Shown here: piece by piece, positions 1 through 13,915 of the stretch
Position numbering within the stretch: position 1 is the stretch's first letter
How the letters are laid out: each line of letters begins with the position of its first letter
Source: Hydrolagus colliei
Lineage: Eukaryota
Direction: 5' to 3'
DNA: 64,000 nt
NCBI GenBank assembly: GCA_035084275.1
Contig: CM068743.1
Coordinates: forward strand, 51,460,001 to 51,524,000
Translations under genes and position numbers: made by a program
The notes under the pieces: model-generated
The model's input: the letters and a program-made list of their open reading frames with translations, nothing else
What the model was told of the DNA's origin: nothing
Database searches by the model: none

Positions 1-356
1 AACGGTAAGTAACTAAAAGCTGACTGAAGCAATTCAAAATCACTCGAAAGCGGATGTGCGGAACCCTTTTCTGTAACTAGCCCTTTCATGAGATTTACGA
101 TCACCTAACTGTTAGGTCGGTAATTACAGCGCCCATAAATTTTATTGCCCTGGATCTTGCTCCTGGCCATGTGTCTTTGATGCTTTTCTAACCTAAAAAC
201 CCAGGGCCATTTTATTGCAGTAGATTGTTCTCCGTTGTCAGTACCCATTGAAAGAAAAAGTCTTGTCTTTTATAACCTTCATTCACGTGCATCTAATCCC
301 ATTGTCAGATTCGTGTCTGTATCTGTACTTATGCTTGGTTACTTTTTTTTGTTCAG
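1..356 (+). other. hoxa4: Last 4 nt of HoxA4 exon 1 (1-4) and HoxA4 intron (5-356, 352 nt)
   Basis: AACG|GTAAGT donor at 4/5 and pyrimidine tract TTTTTTTTGTTCAG acceptor ending at 356. Joining G4 to TG357-358 gives Val in frame with [11 protein letters not shown]. Confidence 0.8.
85..150 (+). promoter_or_regulatory. Hox4 intronic homeodomain-binding cluster (HB1-like element)
   Basis: AGATTTACGA (91-100), TAATTAC (121-127) and CCATAAA-TTTTATT (133-146) are clustered Hox/Cdx-type sites, in the intron position known for paralogue group 4 genes. Confidence 0.7.
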
Positions 357-682
357 TGAACCCAAATTACACTGGAGGGGAGCCCAAACGGTCTCGAACT
401 GCTTACACCAGACAGCAAGTCTTAGAGCTGGAGAAGGAGTTCCATTTTAACCGTTACCTAACCAGGCGTCGACGCATTGAGATTGCACATACTCTTTGCC
501 TGTCTGAACGCCAGGTGAAGATCTGGTTTCAGAACAGAAGGATGAAATGGAAGAAAGATCACAAACTACCTAACACTAAGATGCGTTCTGCTAGCTCATC
601 ATCTTCTACCAGCCAGCAATCACAAGTATCCTCTCATGGCCCTCAGCCAGATGGTTCAACACCAAATTCATCAAGTCTATAG
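357..682 (+). CDS. hoxa4: Homeobox protein Hox-A4, exon 2 (homeodomain and C-terminus)
   Basis: Translates [78 protein letters not shown]. This is a group 4 homeodomain, and QVKIWF plus LPNTKMRS are A4-type. It lies upstream of A3-A2-A1. Confidence 0.96.
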
Positions 683-3304
683 CTGATTCAAGTCACCAAC
701 CCCTCTCTCACAACATAGTTTGGACCAAAATGTGTTTGCTACATAACAAACTTGAATATGGAGCGATTTCGTGCAGGGTACATGTTGTTAACTCCAAAAG
801 AGACAAACATTTCTATTATGTTAACCCATTCTTCACAGACTCTCAGAGCCTTTCTGTGTGATTGGGTACATGTTGTATCCTCCATTACCTCACAGTAACC
901 GTTGTTGGGTTTTGTCAATGTGCTTTCCTCCTCCATAAACCCCAAAGCAAAACGAGCAACAGACATTGAATAATAGATATTGTGAGGAACTGTAAGCGTC
1001 ATTATTTCAACTCGTGTAGTCTGTTGGAATATTTTGTAAGGTCTGTAAGAATAAATCTGTTTTAGTAAGCGAGGGAGACAGCAATATGATTTTGTGAATA
1101 TCGGAATGGTGTTAGACCGAATGAAACTGTCCAAATGCTACATATAAAGAAATAAATTATGTCACCGGCGTTATTTAAGGTGTTTTTTTAATTATTATTT
1201 TATACATGTATCCTCCATAGAGTTATGGTACCGGAATCAGTATAGCAAATGTTCAAGGAGAGATTTCAGGCGAGTTGTATATTTAACAATCTTGGTACAG
1301 TCCAAACTGTGACGAAACCATACAAATCATTGGTAAGGTTTGTGTATATTTCTGTGGATATTTCAGTGTACTATGTGCAGTGCCAAATGTTGCAAAAGCA
1401 AAAGACATGAGCTGCAGTGTAAAAGAAAGCCCGTGAATTTAAATAAAATGTTAATTCAAGGAACATCACAGTTCTTATGTGTACGATTTACTTCGTGTCA
1501 GGATTTCACAAAAACGGTGATGTCTTCTACTTCAAAACGTGACTATGCATTTCAATGCATTATATTTTTGTTTATATTTTATTTTCAAAATAAAAGCAGC
1601 TCTAAAATTCGGCTGCAACATATCTTGCGTGATTCTGAAGAATAAATGGGTGAAAGAGGATGAGTTACTGCCTGGATCCACAATTCGTCTTTTGCAGCTT
1701 TCCACATCAATTTCTACGTCACCAAGTCGTAAATAATGCAGTAAAATGTGAAGCGATTAAATAATAAGTGATCTATGTGGTGAAGAGCACAGCCTTTTAT
1801 AGCCCCGAATGTTATATTTGCAATCCTAGAATACAGTATAATTGACTTGCTTTCCTATGTAGATAATCGTTGTATCCTGTTGTGTTTTCTCACACAATCA
1901 AACATTTAGAGTAGTGATGACTTTCAAATAAAAAGATACACAAAATCAAGAACTTGGATCATCTTGCCTTTTATTGCTCATATATAGATTGTCATATAAA
2001 ATCTTAAATATATTGTCATATATATATAATATATCCAGATTAAGTATATTACCAATTATACTACCAATGTATGCCAGCAATTGATTTTTTTTAGGACTAT
2101 TTATATACACTGACTAACGCGGTTAAAATGTGGAGTCGGCAATTGAACAAATAAAATGACTAAATATAAGATTTGAGCGTATGTCTTCCAGGTATATTGG
2201 GTTTGAAAATTCTGTTTTGGACAGATATATAATCTACAAAACTCGACAAATAGTAGGAATCCGAAAACAATTCTAAGGAATTATTTATAACAAGCAATAC
2301 CTTTTCTACTAAACCATCTTATCGATTTCGATATGTCTGTAAGTCGTATCTACCGATTATAAACGCAAAACAACAAGATTCGTTCAAACCTTTCCCTTTC
2401 ATCTCCAAATAATCCAGTTAAGAAAAAGAAAAAACATAGTTCAATGTACAGAGCACATAGTTGTTTCAGTGCTGGGAAAATCTCACTCCTTTTATTCAAT
2501 ATAATGGGTGTATTTTGTTTTCTTCTATATACTATTTTAGAAACGTGAACATTCGGAAATCTTGCCACAATTTTCACATGCATTTCAATCAAATCGTTGT
2601 GTAATAATGTTAGTGAAATAGACTCACGTTCCACTTTCCAATCTTTAGGGGAGGACAAAAGTCGCCGAAAATGCAAGGAATGATTTGTTTTTCTACAAAT
2701 GCCATAGAAGAATCGAGTCTAATCGTTATCAGCCACTTTATATATATGTTCTGTAAAATTGCTTTAACGCGATTGCAAATAACCATTTAAAGGTTAGGAC
2801 GATGATAAAATGTAGCTGCACTAGGCAGCCGTGGTTTGCTTATCTGTAAAAGGCATTTTAAACCGATTGAAAATACCAGATTTTACCCAGAATCATTAAT
2901 CACCTCATTCAATAAATACTTCTTTGTATACTTCAACAGCAAGTCTGAAGGGCGTTCTTTTGGAAAAGTGTGTGTGGACACACTGGATTCTCCTGAATAA
3001 AATGTGGCCATCTCGTCTCACATCATGCGTTTATCTTGGAACAGTTCTGCAGGTTCTGGGTGGACTATGTTCATTACTGCGCATATTGTCAAAGACAAAA
3101 GGTAAATTACAGTATTTATAAACGCCTATTCTGTGTTTTAAAAAATGGTCGAGTCTATAGCAAATTAAGTCAAACTGTTTGCGTTACCCCTTGTGTGTTT
3201 CCGTCTGATGCATTTTTAAAGTGTTTTTTTCTCTCTTGTAAATTGAACGTCCTTTTTTGCAATAAGAAGTTTCATTGTTTGTCAACGGCGAGGGCAATCA
3301 GATG

Positions 3305-3321
3305 AGTTCACCAAGAGGACA
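3305..3321 (+). promoter_or_regulatory. DR5 RARE 3' of HoxA4
   Basis: AGTTCA-ccaag-AGGACA. Form and position match the conserved 3' neural RARE of group 4 Hox genes (second half-site AGGACA). Confidence 0.85.
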
Positions 3322-3501
3322 AATTTTCTGACCGATTAGCTGTTTTTAGCGTTGCAGACTGACCCCTCAAACCCTTGACCTTTAAAAAGATGGACAATCT
3401 TCTTTCTTCCATTTCCTAGGCCTTTAGCTAGGGGAAGAAAACACTACCTTAGAAAAAAAAGTACAAAAAAAAATGTTCTTTTAACGTATTGCATTCCCTG
3501 C

Positions 3502-3540
3502 AGAGAGAGCGAAAGAGAGAGAGAGAGAGAGAGAGAGAGA
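3502..3540. repeat. (GA)n microsatellite
   Basis: Imperfect then pure GA dinucleotide run. Confidence 0.9.
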
Positions 3541-4599
3541 TGTGGGGAATAGTATATATATTTTACGGTGTAGCATGTATTGGTGGAAGGAGCACCCGCT
3601 GATAATTTATTCACAGGCTCGGGAATCTATTAGAACATAGTTTTGTATGTGGTAAGAAACATTAAATGTTTGGGTTAATTTCTCTTCATAAAGTTAATGG
3701 TCGTTACGATTTTAAAAAAACTGATCCAATCATTCACTTTTACTCTGTGATAATTTCACATTATTTTTTGGTGTGAGATGGGGGGGTGGGGGTGGGGGGG
3801 AGGGGGGCTGGGGGAAGGGGGACTCTATTGTTCTGATTTTTGAAAAGAGGAATAAAATATATTCCTTACATCAAACACATGCTATTTCTGTTTCATATAT
3901 AAATATATATGTAAAAGCATATATATTTACAGATCAGTAATCTATTCATATAGTATGTGCATAGATTAGTGGCCATAGTCAATATACTATTTCAATTTCC
4001 AGATTTCTTTTGTGGATTAAAATGCAGAAAAACGAATGTAGGTCTACCGTTTCACTAACCTTTAAAAACCCTAATTCAATAGAGTTCGTAAAACTGATGA
4101 AAAAAACTCGCCAAAATCCCACTAACTATTAAGTTAATGGACAATATTTTCCAATCAGTTGGCTGTACAATACAGTGTTGTTTGCCATTGTTAACAGAAT
4201 TTGTCTATGCAATATGGTAATTGTGGACTCCCCAAAACAAGATAGAAAAACTCTTAAAAAATTTGTACAAAATAATAAAATATCGACTGTGGCAAAGCGT
4301 CGATTTAGTGTCAATTTCAGCAACCTTGCGGGGTTGCAGCCATACATGAAAGAATAGCTTTACTTGTGACTGTTATATATGGGAATTACTGTAACATTGA
4401 GGTTCAATATCAAAACTGTCAAACAGACAATAAAGACAAGCTTGAAGAAATACACAAGAATATTGGGGCTGAGGCAGCTGGAACTGTAGGTGACATCCAT
4501 GGCAGCCCTGTCAAATCTGGGATCAGCAGCACTGGCCAGCCAGTCACTTTTGCAATATCACTTACCAGCGAGCATCCACAGACTAAAAAGAAAGTAAGA

Positions 4600-4890
4600 C
4601 CAATAAAGATTCGAGCAAGAAGAGGCGAAAAAAAACCCTCCACTCTCCCAAGATAAGGGGGTCACGCGTCTCCTCTGTGTATGTATTGAAATTTTAATCT
4701 CCCCAGTCACGTGACTCATTAAATAATTAATGCAGTCGGTCCGGAATAGATATGTAGTCGTCAGTATTCGCACTAGATCTGTTTCAGTCTGATGTGAAAA
4801 TGAACTTTCCTTAAAAAATAAGTCTATAATTGGAAGACAGGTGTTCTTAGAAAGAGGAGAGACACAAGTCAGGCAAGAATTGTGGTGAGT
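4600..4890 (+). promoter_or_regulatory. Candidate distal promoter and non-coding first exon of long HoxA3 transcripts
   Basis: CCAAT (4600-4604), GGTCACGCG (4660-4668), perfect palindrome AGTCACGTGACT (4705-4716), CATTAAATAATTAATG homeodomain sites, then a donor GTG|GTGAGT at 4885. Hox3 genes are known to use far-upstream promoters. Confidence 0.55.
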
Positions 4891-7800
4891 AGTCCCTGTG
4901 TGATCCGCGCTTTATGCTGTTTATGTTTTTTTTTCCAATTTTTTTATTTCTAAAGACTGTCATAAATGTGATGAATAGCGCCCTTTAGTATTCAGATCTA
5001 AATCACGGCATGTCTGTGATGGTGTTTAGTCAGTCTCTCGCGTGTCAGTAATATTTTAGATTTTTTTCATGATTAATTGCAACAAATACAAACACATATG
5101 ATGATGTTCTAGTTCACAGTATGTATGCCTGGATACCACGGTGTAGCTGTGCTGCTTTGTTCAATTTTCCTGTCGTTAATAAATCACCATCTCTTACATG
5201 CGCAGGACTGAGAGGCAACTATAGGCAACACCGTTTGGAAATGAAGAGGCATAAGCTAAATTCCTCTATGATTCATTAATTTGAGCGATTTACAATAAGT
5301 GGCAGAGTTATGGTGCTCCAACAAATGCACTAACAGGTGTAATTTTGAGCGAAGTGCTGCACTTATTCTGACCATGTCCTCCCTTCCCTTGTGCGTGAAA
5401 ATAGTGTAATACAATGAAATGGACAATGCAAACAAGACGAGAGACGTTCCCAGAAACGTTTGTCTTTATTGTGTTTTACTAGAAATTTCCGGCCCTCTTT
5501 GTTGTCCAAATACCTACTTAATACGTTACTAGTACAAGCACCGAATACATTTGGAACCAGTTTACTCTCATAAAAAGATACATTTGCTCAATGCAATCAT
5601 CGTGGTTTTATTCCAGAGATACATTTGGTGTTCTTACCTCATGGTTGTATATCTAGAGAATGTGTATTGTTTATGCTGATAATTAAATACTGCTCGCAAT
5701 ATTTACAATAAAAGCTCGTTAGTAAAAGCACATAGTCCTTAATTAAATGTCTCGTCGCTCTAGTCAAGTACGTTTTATTGTTTGTAGTATTGTATGATCA
5801 ATCAAAACAGGTTGATGGCCATGGAATAAGGAGCTGCCACAATGGTTTCAGATTCCGGTCTGGCGTTCCTTAGAAAGCTTGCAATTGAAACCATCTCCTA
5901 GAATAAAACAAGACAAATACGTTAAATAGTTACGATCAAGCAATCGATTATTATTGTATCAGTTTTCATGGCAAACCATGTATTTTTGTTTCCATCTAGG
6001 CGCCCCTGTGTCCAGAAACAAGACTGCTTCCTGGATAGTGTGACAGGGCACGGGAATGATCTTGAGCGCGAGCTGGAGAGGTAAAAATATTTAGATGTTG
6101 CTTGCAATATGGGAATAGGATGCTTGATTTCAGATGTTTCCTTTATATGGTGTAACAGGTGGCTTTGAGCTGCTGTTCGTCAGAAACATGGTTCACTAAT
6201 GAAAATGTAGTTGCTTTTTGCAGCTCTGTTATAGGATGAGAGGTTACATGCACTAGGCAGACCGTATTCCCTCCATGCTAAAATGTATTGCCCAGTTGTA
6301 AAAGGTAGTCATGGAGCCATTTCAGAGTGTCAATTCGGTGGTGATTTAAAGGAACAAAAGCCTCGGGTACTTCCTTTGTTTGGAGTTCACAGCAACCTCC
6401 AAGAATCCACTGGAGATACAAACATACAGCTTGATTTGCTTTAATTAAGATTGTAATAATTAACTATTTTTGGAAACGAAGAGTCGCTTTAGTTGCACCA
6501 GTATCGAGTTATACGTTTGACACATAACTCAGTATAAATTTGAACGCTATTAAAAAGATTGACAGAAATCCTGCAAAGCAAAACAAAATTTCCACGTTAG
6601 TTATTTCTTTAGATTGCCAGGTTTACGCATATCAACATTTCATGGCTGATACTCCACTTATTGCTGTATAGTAAATGCGAAATATTTCAAGGGATTGTGT
6701 CTCAGTGTCTGATTTTATACAATACTGTGAAGATAGTGTTATGAATCTATTTTGAATTAATGGATAGCACGCGGATCCTCGGCTCCCGCTGTATGTTGAA
6801 AATGTCTGAATTACTATTTTTAGGAAATCGAGTTAAAATTAAACAGGGTTTCTTTGTTTTTTGTGTGAAATTAGTGACGAAAATAGAAATAAGAGTGGTG
6901 CATGTAAGCCATTTCCGTGTTATCTGGTCTAAAATAAATCTAGATCTGTCCACTCTGATTTACGTATTCGTTACACACAATAAACTATAAAACATTTGGA
7001 AGCTTTTTAACTCGGGTCATTGGAAATGCCGTAGAAATAGAATCTCGGCGTGTGGTGTATTTTATAGCGTGTAAAGCAAGAGTCTTATTTTTATCTGCAA
7101 CAAATAGGGAAAAATATCTAATTGAAAAAAAGAGGGGAAGGATATTTCACAAGTAGGTTAAAGACGAGGAAACCACTAAGAGACGAAAATGGGATTAACA
7201 GATGAAACGGTACAAAGCACCTTTAATCCGCCCACGACTCCATAAACAATGTGTTGGACAATGCAAACGTTAGAGGTAATGTTTTGCCAGTAGCAAGCAG
7301 GAATGAATGAAGGCGATGTGCATTGCAAGTCTCAGCGTGATAAGAAAACTCAAATTTTCTGGGTTAATTTAAAGTACCGTTTGATAACTGGAGTCGTTTT
7401 ACTGCTTAGAATGGGCAGGGCAATAAATTACTCTACTTTAATGCTTTGTTGTGATGGGTTTGTCAATTACACCCGCATGCAGAAATATCTGTTTCTACAA
7501 GGGGCACGCTTAAAATACAAAACAAAAAAAAGATTTAACGGGTTTTTTTGTTAAAAAGAAGAAAATACTTGCAGATATCTTTATCTTAAAGATTATAATG
7601 TTTATGTTGAAATAAAATTATTTAATCGCGGCGATTGCTTTGCCTAACTATTTCCAGTGCTCCAACCAGTCCACCCTATTCTCGTCAGATCAGCGCCTAA
7701 TGTTTTATCCAATTATGTCCCTGCAGTTTATTTATCAGTTTCAGAGACCAATGTTATCATTTTAAGGGTTTGTTTATTCAAAGTAGGCAAAGGAAACGAA

Positions 7801-10619
7801 TTTTATTGAACTATATGTGTGCACGAACATAGTTTCACATCTTTTGAATGTAAGTCTACTTTCTACCCGTAATTTTATACTTGGTATATGTTAATATCAG
7901 AATTTGGTTTAACTAAATAAATATATTAAAAAAGGCAGAAGTAAAATAAAAGCGAGTGGCAGTGAGGACTGTTCAGATTGTATGTACTCTGCCCACGGCT
8001 TCAGGCTTACCTTACCAATCCACTGAGACTTACCACAGAAACTTTATTGTTCGTGACTAATAACCAGGATTTGATCCAGATTCTGCAAACAATTATTTTA
8101 AGTCATGTGAACGGATTCCATAAGGTTTTTTCCCCCTCGATTTGGCCCTGCGTGTTTGCTGGACATTCACTGTCTCCTTCTCTTGAATACATAGTTCTCA
8201 TAGTAAATCAGTATCTCAGACTTCTGCAGAAACCTACCAGGGAAAACATTGCAGCATTTGCAAGACGGCGAGTCAGTTCGAAAGAACTGGCCTTCATTTT
8301 TCGGCTTCCTTGATTTGAAAAGGCATTGAAAGCCTGCAAGGAAAAACTGCCTCGAGTAAACACAAAGCCAAAGATTTTAAGGAGTCGAATAGTCTGAAGA
8401 CTGCAGATACTTTACAGTGAATTGAAAGTTTACGCCCTTTAAAGTAGATTCTTAATATCACAACAATTTTATCTATCCTTTGATACTGCGTTCGGATATG
8501 GCTGAAGTAGCAGGTAAGGTGTAAGACTTCTTTTTAGCTCTGTCTATGTGCACTCAGGGTGAATTCCAGTCCAGATTGTAATTAATGGTGCAAAACTTGA
8601 CCTAAGGAAAGGAAAGCCATTGGTTATCTCTGAACCGATAGCCCCATTCCTCGCAATCCTCTTTTCCAATGCACAAATTGAGTTGCAGTTGTGGCTTCCG
8701 ATCTCTCATTGATGCATTTGGGATTTTTCACAACTTTGTTATAACATGCAAAATTCTGGAGAAATGTAACCTTTCGTTGCCAAAACACAACGAGTAGTTA
8801 AAAAGACTTTTAGCCTTGAGAAGCATCTGTGAATTGTGATGGTGATTTATTGCCCGGAAGAGTTCTGCTTGCTCAACACTGCAAGTCCTAAAGGCATGTT
8901 TTAACTTTAGACGTAGAATAGTGTATAACGCCCTGCATCCCACGTTTATTTAGATTCGCTCAATTTGTAGAAATGTGCCTTAATCATGGGAAGTGACCAT
9001 ATATTTCAAATAGTTTTAGTGTGAAAACTTCACTTAGGTCCTCTTCACAGCTGCCATCAATTATTCATTAACGTTTTACGTTGTTGGTGGAAAGTTAAGC
9101 TACGGCTTTAGTGAAAGAGCAAGGAATGGATTTTGTTCACCGAGCAAAGATCGTGGAGTGCGTGAAAATCTTTATTCTGTCTTCCAACAATGAGAGACCA
9201 ATCAATGCAGTCTCCTAAATTCTGCACAGTGAGGTTTGATGCTACAGTAAAATCGTTAGTTTAGCTCATTCCGCCCGCAATCCTTTGTGAAACAGAAATG
9301 GAAGAGGGGAAGGTTCTAAATAAGTTTTAATATGTGCAGTTCCCTCAGTGTGGAACTTGAAAATCATCCCATAATTAACTCTGGAGCAAATTACTGCTTA
9401 CGTGGCGGAATAATTCGCTTCATTCCTTCTTTGAAAAAATAAGTATTTATACTGTGTAAAATAGAGCACAATAAAGAATCTATGGGCAATTTGTTATATG
9501 ATGGATAAACAAGAAAGTAAGATTAACTGGTTTGAGATAGTAAATATTACTACGAGGAGTTTAGGGGAAAGGGGTGCAGAACAAAATAGAAACAAACGTG
9601 CGATATTACTTTTATGATATCTGCAAATGGATTTTAAAACTAAATTAAAATTAAGAACTTCGTGTGTTCAGAATAGAAATACGTCAGTTATTGTTCTCTA
9701 GAATGACATGCTTTGAAAACTTTAGTTGAACAAATATGAAGTTCTAGATGTATTTTGTTTCCTATATCTCTGTGAGTTGTTCCTCTTCCAAACTTTTATT
9801 AATACGTGTTGCACAAAATAAATGTTAAAATCCCCTCTCTGTAGGAGTAAGATCCAGGGACTCGCTTCAATTCCATTAATGCACATTGGCTACTTTGTCC
9901 TAATGTCTCCAAATCACAAGTACAATCTTGCATCCAACCTCTTTCAAAGTTTCTCCACAAGAAACCAATAATTCTGTGCATCATTCAATTGGTAGGAAAC
10001 GCGTAAGCACACATTTCGCATGAGAGTCCCTATAGACACGTTTTGCGATTCCAGTAGAGAAAAAAACTCAGAACCCTCAAATCGCTGTCAAGTCCACTCC
10101 TCACCTCGCATTATACTGACTAAACCCCACTAAAGCCTTGCGTGACACTGCTTTGCCATTGTCAGGTAATGATAAGCCTTTTCTACTTTCCATAACTATC
10201 CCGGTGTAACGTGTGGGTGTTAAGCAAGCTGTGTACAATAGCGCTCTAAAGCACGCTCAGTTAAAGGAGATTCGCTTGCCATCTTAACCACTGTGCCCCC
10301 ACTGCTTGTCCGGCAGTTTTTTTGCTCGAAATTGTGAAGTGCTTCACCTTTTTATAGGTCGATTTAAACTCCTGCTTCTGGGTTTAGTGCTTTGCAAACA
10401 GTTATTGATCTGTGCCAAGTAGTTCAGTCTACAGACTCCGGATAGAGGTCTTTGACAGGAGAAACAGACGACACAACTTACCTTATGGTGGATTTTCTGC
10501 AAAGAATTATCGCGGAGGAAAGACCTGCTTCATCGCTAAACTGAGCCTAAGAAACTTCCTAGGTTTGGAGGGGGGGGGGAAAGTTAGGTTTCGCCCGAAA
10601 AAAAAATGTTCCTTTAATT

Positions 10620-10710
10620 ATTTCCCAAATTCAAATAAAAGGATTTAAGTTGACGTATGACCACGTGAGCACATAATACAGCGCATTATTGTGGCATTTG
10701 GATGGGAGAC
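10620..10710. promoter_or_regulatory. E-box-containing putative conserved non-coding element between HoxA4 and HoxA3
   Basis: TTGACGTATGACCACGTGAGCACATAATA contains a CRE-like half site and CACGTG (10662-10667), preceded by a G-run. It resembles other Hox promoter E-box modules. Confidence 0.45.
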
Positions 10711-12805
10711 CTATGCTGGCTTCGGCAGTGATTATACGCTTTTCCACTTTCTGTTAAGAGCCAGCTATTTTCTTCTGAAGAAATTGCACTCTGGACGCTG
10801 GATTTCACATGAAGGATTATATGCGAGCAGGGAGATATGCTGCTTTTAGCGGAATGGATTTTATTTTGAGGTATTTCAAATGCTTCCGTTGATTGTTCAT
10901 TAATGCGGTGAGTTATTGCTGTTCAAGGCAAAGGTCAGTGGAAAGGCTTACGGGTGTCAGATTGTGCCAGAACATGCTTAGTTTCCTCTTCTGTGCTAGC
11001 TTCAGCATATAATCAATTCCCAATAATACTTTCTCTTCATATCGTACACCCAAAACACTTCTTTTATGGAATATTTTACGGAGCGTGTGCATGCCTTTAT
11101 TCCTTAAATACCGAACCATTCCCCGTTGAAAGCCTGTCAATGGCCGCTTTCTATCCGGATCCGTGCAAACAAAACATCGTATTTTTAGCACACAGGATTC
11201 AAAAATCAAGATATCTGGATGCAATCGCCGTTATAATAACGACTGATGTACCACATGAACATAAATGGACACACATACATTCCGACAATTTATTCACTAT
11301 GGAGCCATTGAAAGATTGTTCGTCCATTTTAGAAATCCTATGAGCTAGTTTGTAATTTGTGCTACAGCATTATCTGTGGAACTAGGTTATTGTGCGGTTA
11401 GTTACTTTGTGTAAAGATGTTGGAATCTGAATGAATCGTACCTTTTAATGCACGGTTGTAAAATGTGTGTGACGTGAAGTGATTTTATATAAAAAAAACT
11501 AAAGACAGTTCTTCAGGTGTTGATTTTTAAATCATTGTTGTCCAAAAATTGCCCTTTGTTCAACCTCTCTATCGTAGCATCTGATTAATGTAAGACATAA
11601 GGCAGGCCGAATCGGGAATTATTTACTAGCAGGCCATCATTGCTTTGGAGTATTGATTGCCTTGAGAATTCAACGAAATAAATTAAAAGGTGATACAACC
11701 CGAAGCAAACTGCCATTACTTTTTAAAAAAAATATACAAAAATAGAAAGCATGCGCGATGAATAAACAGGCAGGAAAAGCTCGTTATGTTATGTTGTCGG
11801 TGCAAATGTTATATAAAATTGCATCCACGAGTGGGTCCTGCTCAGGAAAGGTCAGGATGTTGCGATTTGATTTATGTTTTCCGTGTGTTGGGACACCCGT
11901 GCCAATGCAATCTGCTTTAACGAATGCTATACTTCTCTTTTGTGTTTAACTAACCACAATGGCAATTATTGATAGTCGCATCAGTATTTTAATGCAACCA
12001 TTCTATTAACAATAAGAGATAACATGAAGGAACAAAAATTGCAAATGAAAAAAAAGTTAATTTCTGCGTTCTATCCAGTGCTTGGCTGTAGCACATACAT
12101 CAAGCAAATATATTGGGAGAAACTCACTACTTTGAAAACTGTAGTTTGTCAAAAAAATATATATCACGTGTGTGCCATTAATGTTATTGAGGTTGATCTA
12201 CTTTCTCGCTAGAATTTGAAGGTTCATCCTTTATTCCAACTTTTACGATTATTCCCTTCCCGAATCTTATACGCGGGGTTTTGTTCATTTCGATATATAC
12301 GGAAGGCATTTTTTGCAGACGCGTTTATGATTTTTCTTGCAGTTTCGGTTTCATATTGTATCTTTTGATGTATGTCCGATTGTTAGTATATTGTGAGGCT
12401 GTTGAACACACATAAGTATAGCAGACCCATTGCATAGTGTGTGAAAACAAGCGAAAATGAGTACACAAATACTAGGGATGATGCATAATTAACTAAACCT
12501 ATTAAAAAGTACCCTATTTATGGTGGCGCACAATAAACAGATGACAAAAGTGCTATTTGATACACGGATTTTCATTTAATGAGCCATTGGGTTGGGAGAT
12601 TTCGTTAAATGTTTAATAAACGTCTTGGAAGATTTACATCATTGAAGAGAGAACATATTACCTTTTAAAAAAAATACAAATATGAGTTCGGCTTATGTCC
12701 CATGTCCCTGTGTAATTCTGGTCCGCGAATTTACGCACGAATGTCAGCTCTCCGGCGATTTTCTTTCACTCGGTGGCAATTAATCGTTTCTTGTTCCCGT
12801 TCCAG

Positions 12806-12865
12806 ACTTTATCCCAAATAGACTCTGAACCCCGGGGCCCTTCAGTGAGACTGAACAAACTTTCG
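12806..12865 (+). other. Candidate 60-nt non-coding 5' UTR exon of HoxA3
   Basis: TTAAT branch-like motif, pyrimidine tract TTTCTTGTTCCCGTTCCAG ending at 12805, and strong donor CG|GTAAGT at 12866. Confidence 0.5.
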
Positions 12866-13619
12866 GTAAGTTTTGATATTTTCCAATAAATAATACTGGC
12901 TACAAATCCGAAATGTAATAATTGCAAGGTGTTAGATTTGTTATCCCACGGCAGGCAGGCAGGCAGGCAGACCGGGTGCCAAAACATCTCGTAAAAACAT
13001 AATAGGCGATTATGGTTAAGTCACAAGTGCGCGTTTACAGCAGTTGGGATACATAACAGCGATAAATCACACATACAAATATTACACAAGCATACATTAG
13101 ATACTGGGAAATGAACACCAGGTTGTATTATATATAGCATGTTGGCTTATCCAGCAATAACAGTCTTAAAAATGGCTGGCGGAAGTGTGAAGTTTCGGCT
13201 GTGGTCTGTCATGATATCTTTGAAATGGAAGTAAGGTTTTTTTGCGATACAGTGTCACTTCGCACCTTGTAAAAGAATTGGCACCTATTGCTCACATCAA
13301 ACCAAACGTTTTCTCGGCTTGCTTTCTCTCCACAAAACTTCACAGCGGGCTGGAGGGCGAGTCGTCCACACCAAACACGTAAAAACATTTTCTCATCTAG
13401 TATTTTAGTTCGTTACACCTCGACATTCTTTCGGTGATTCCTAGTACCCTCTGGTAACAAGAGCTGCGCGTTCTGGTTTCTCTCCGACCGCTTCTTAACT
13501 TAAAACAAACTGAACCACAGAAAAGGGTTATCTGCCTGTCTTTCTTTTTAAAAAAAGAAATCCAGCATTCTTTGGCGTTAGCTTTTTTTTTGTCGTCTTC
13601 CTACGCTCTCGGAGGAAAA

Positions 13620-13915
13620 AAGGTTGGAATCAGCAATTGGAGGAGAGTGAAATGGTTGATCATTGACTACAAGGTACTTTTCTACAGATAAAACATTCAG
13701 TGGCTCACTTGAAAAGTTGCAAACGAGGGAATTTTTACCCCTATCTTGCCTCCTACGCTGCTCGGCTTCCCCTTTCATGTAGTCCGATCGCAATAAGCAA
13801 TAGGAGCAAGTGTTTTCTCTTTAGTGATCTGTTTACAGCCTTAGTGCATGAAGTCATAAATCTTACGTAGCCATAAACGACAGAAGCATTGGTATGCATA
13901 AGAGGTGACCATGGC
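13620..13915. promoter_or_regulatory. Probable HoxA3 rhombomere 5/6 enhancer (MafB/kreisler plus Hox/Pbx sites)
   Basis: TCAGCAATT AT-flanked Maf half-site (13630-13638), TGATCATTGA (13657-13666), TCATAAATCT (13854-13863) and CCATAAAC (13871-13878). Site content and position upstream of HoxA3 fit the known enhancer; orthology is from recall. Confidence 0.6.

Noticed and set aside
565-572. miR-196 8-mer match ACTACCTA in HoxA4
   Set aside because: Lies in coding sequence (KLPN codons) and is explainable by codon choice; no independent support.
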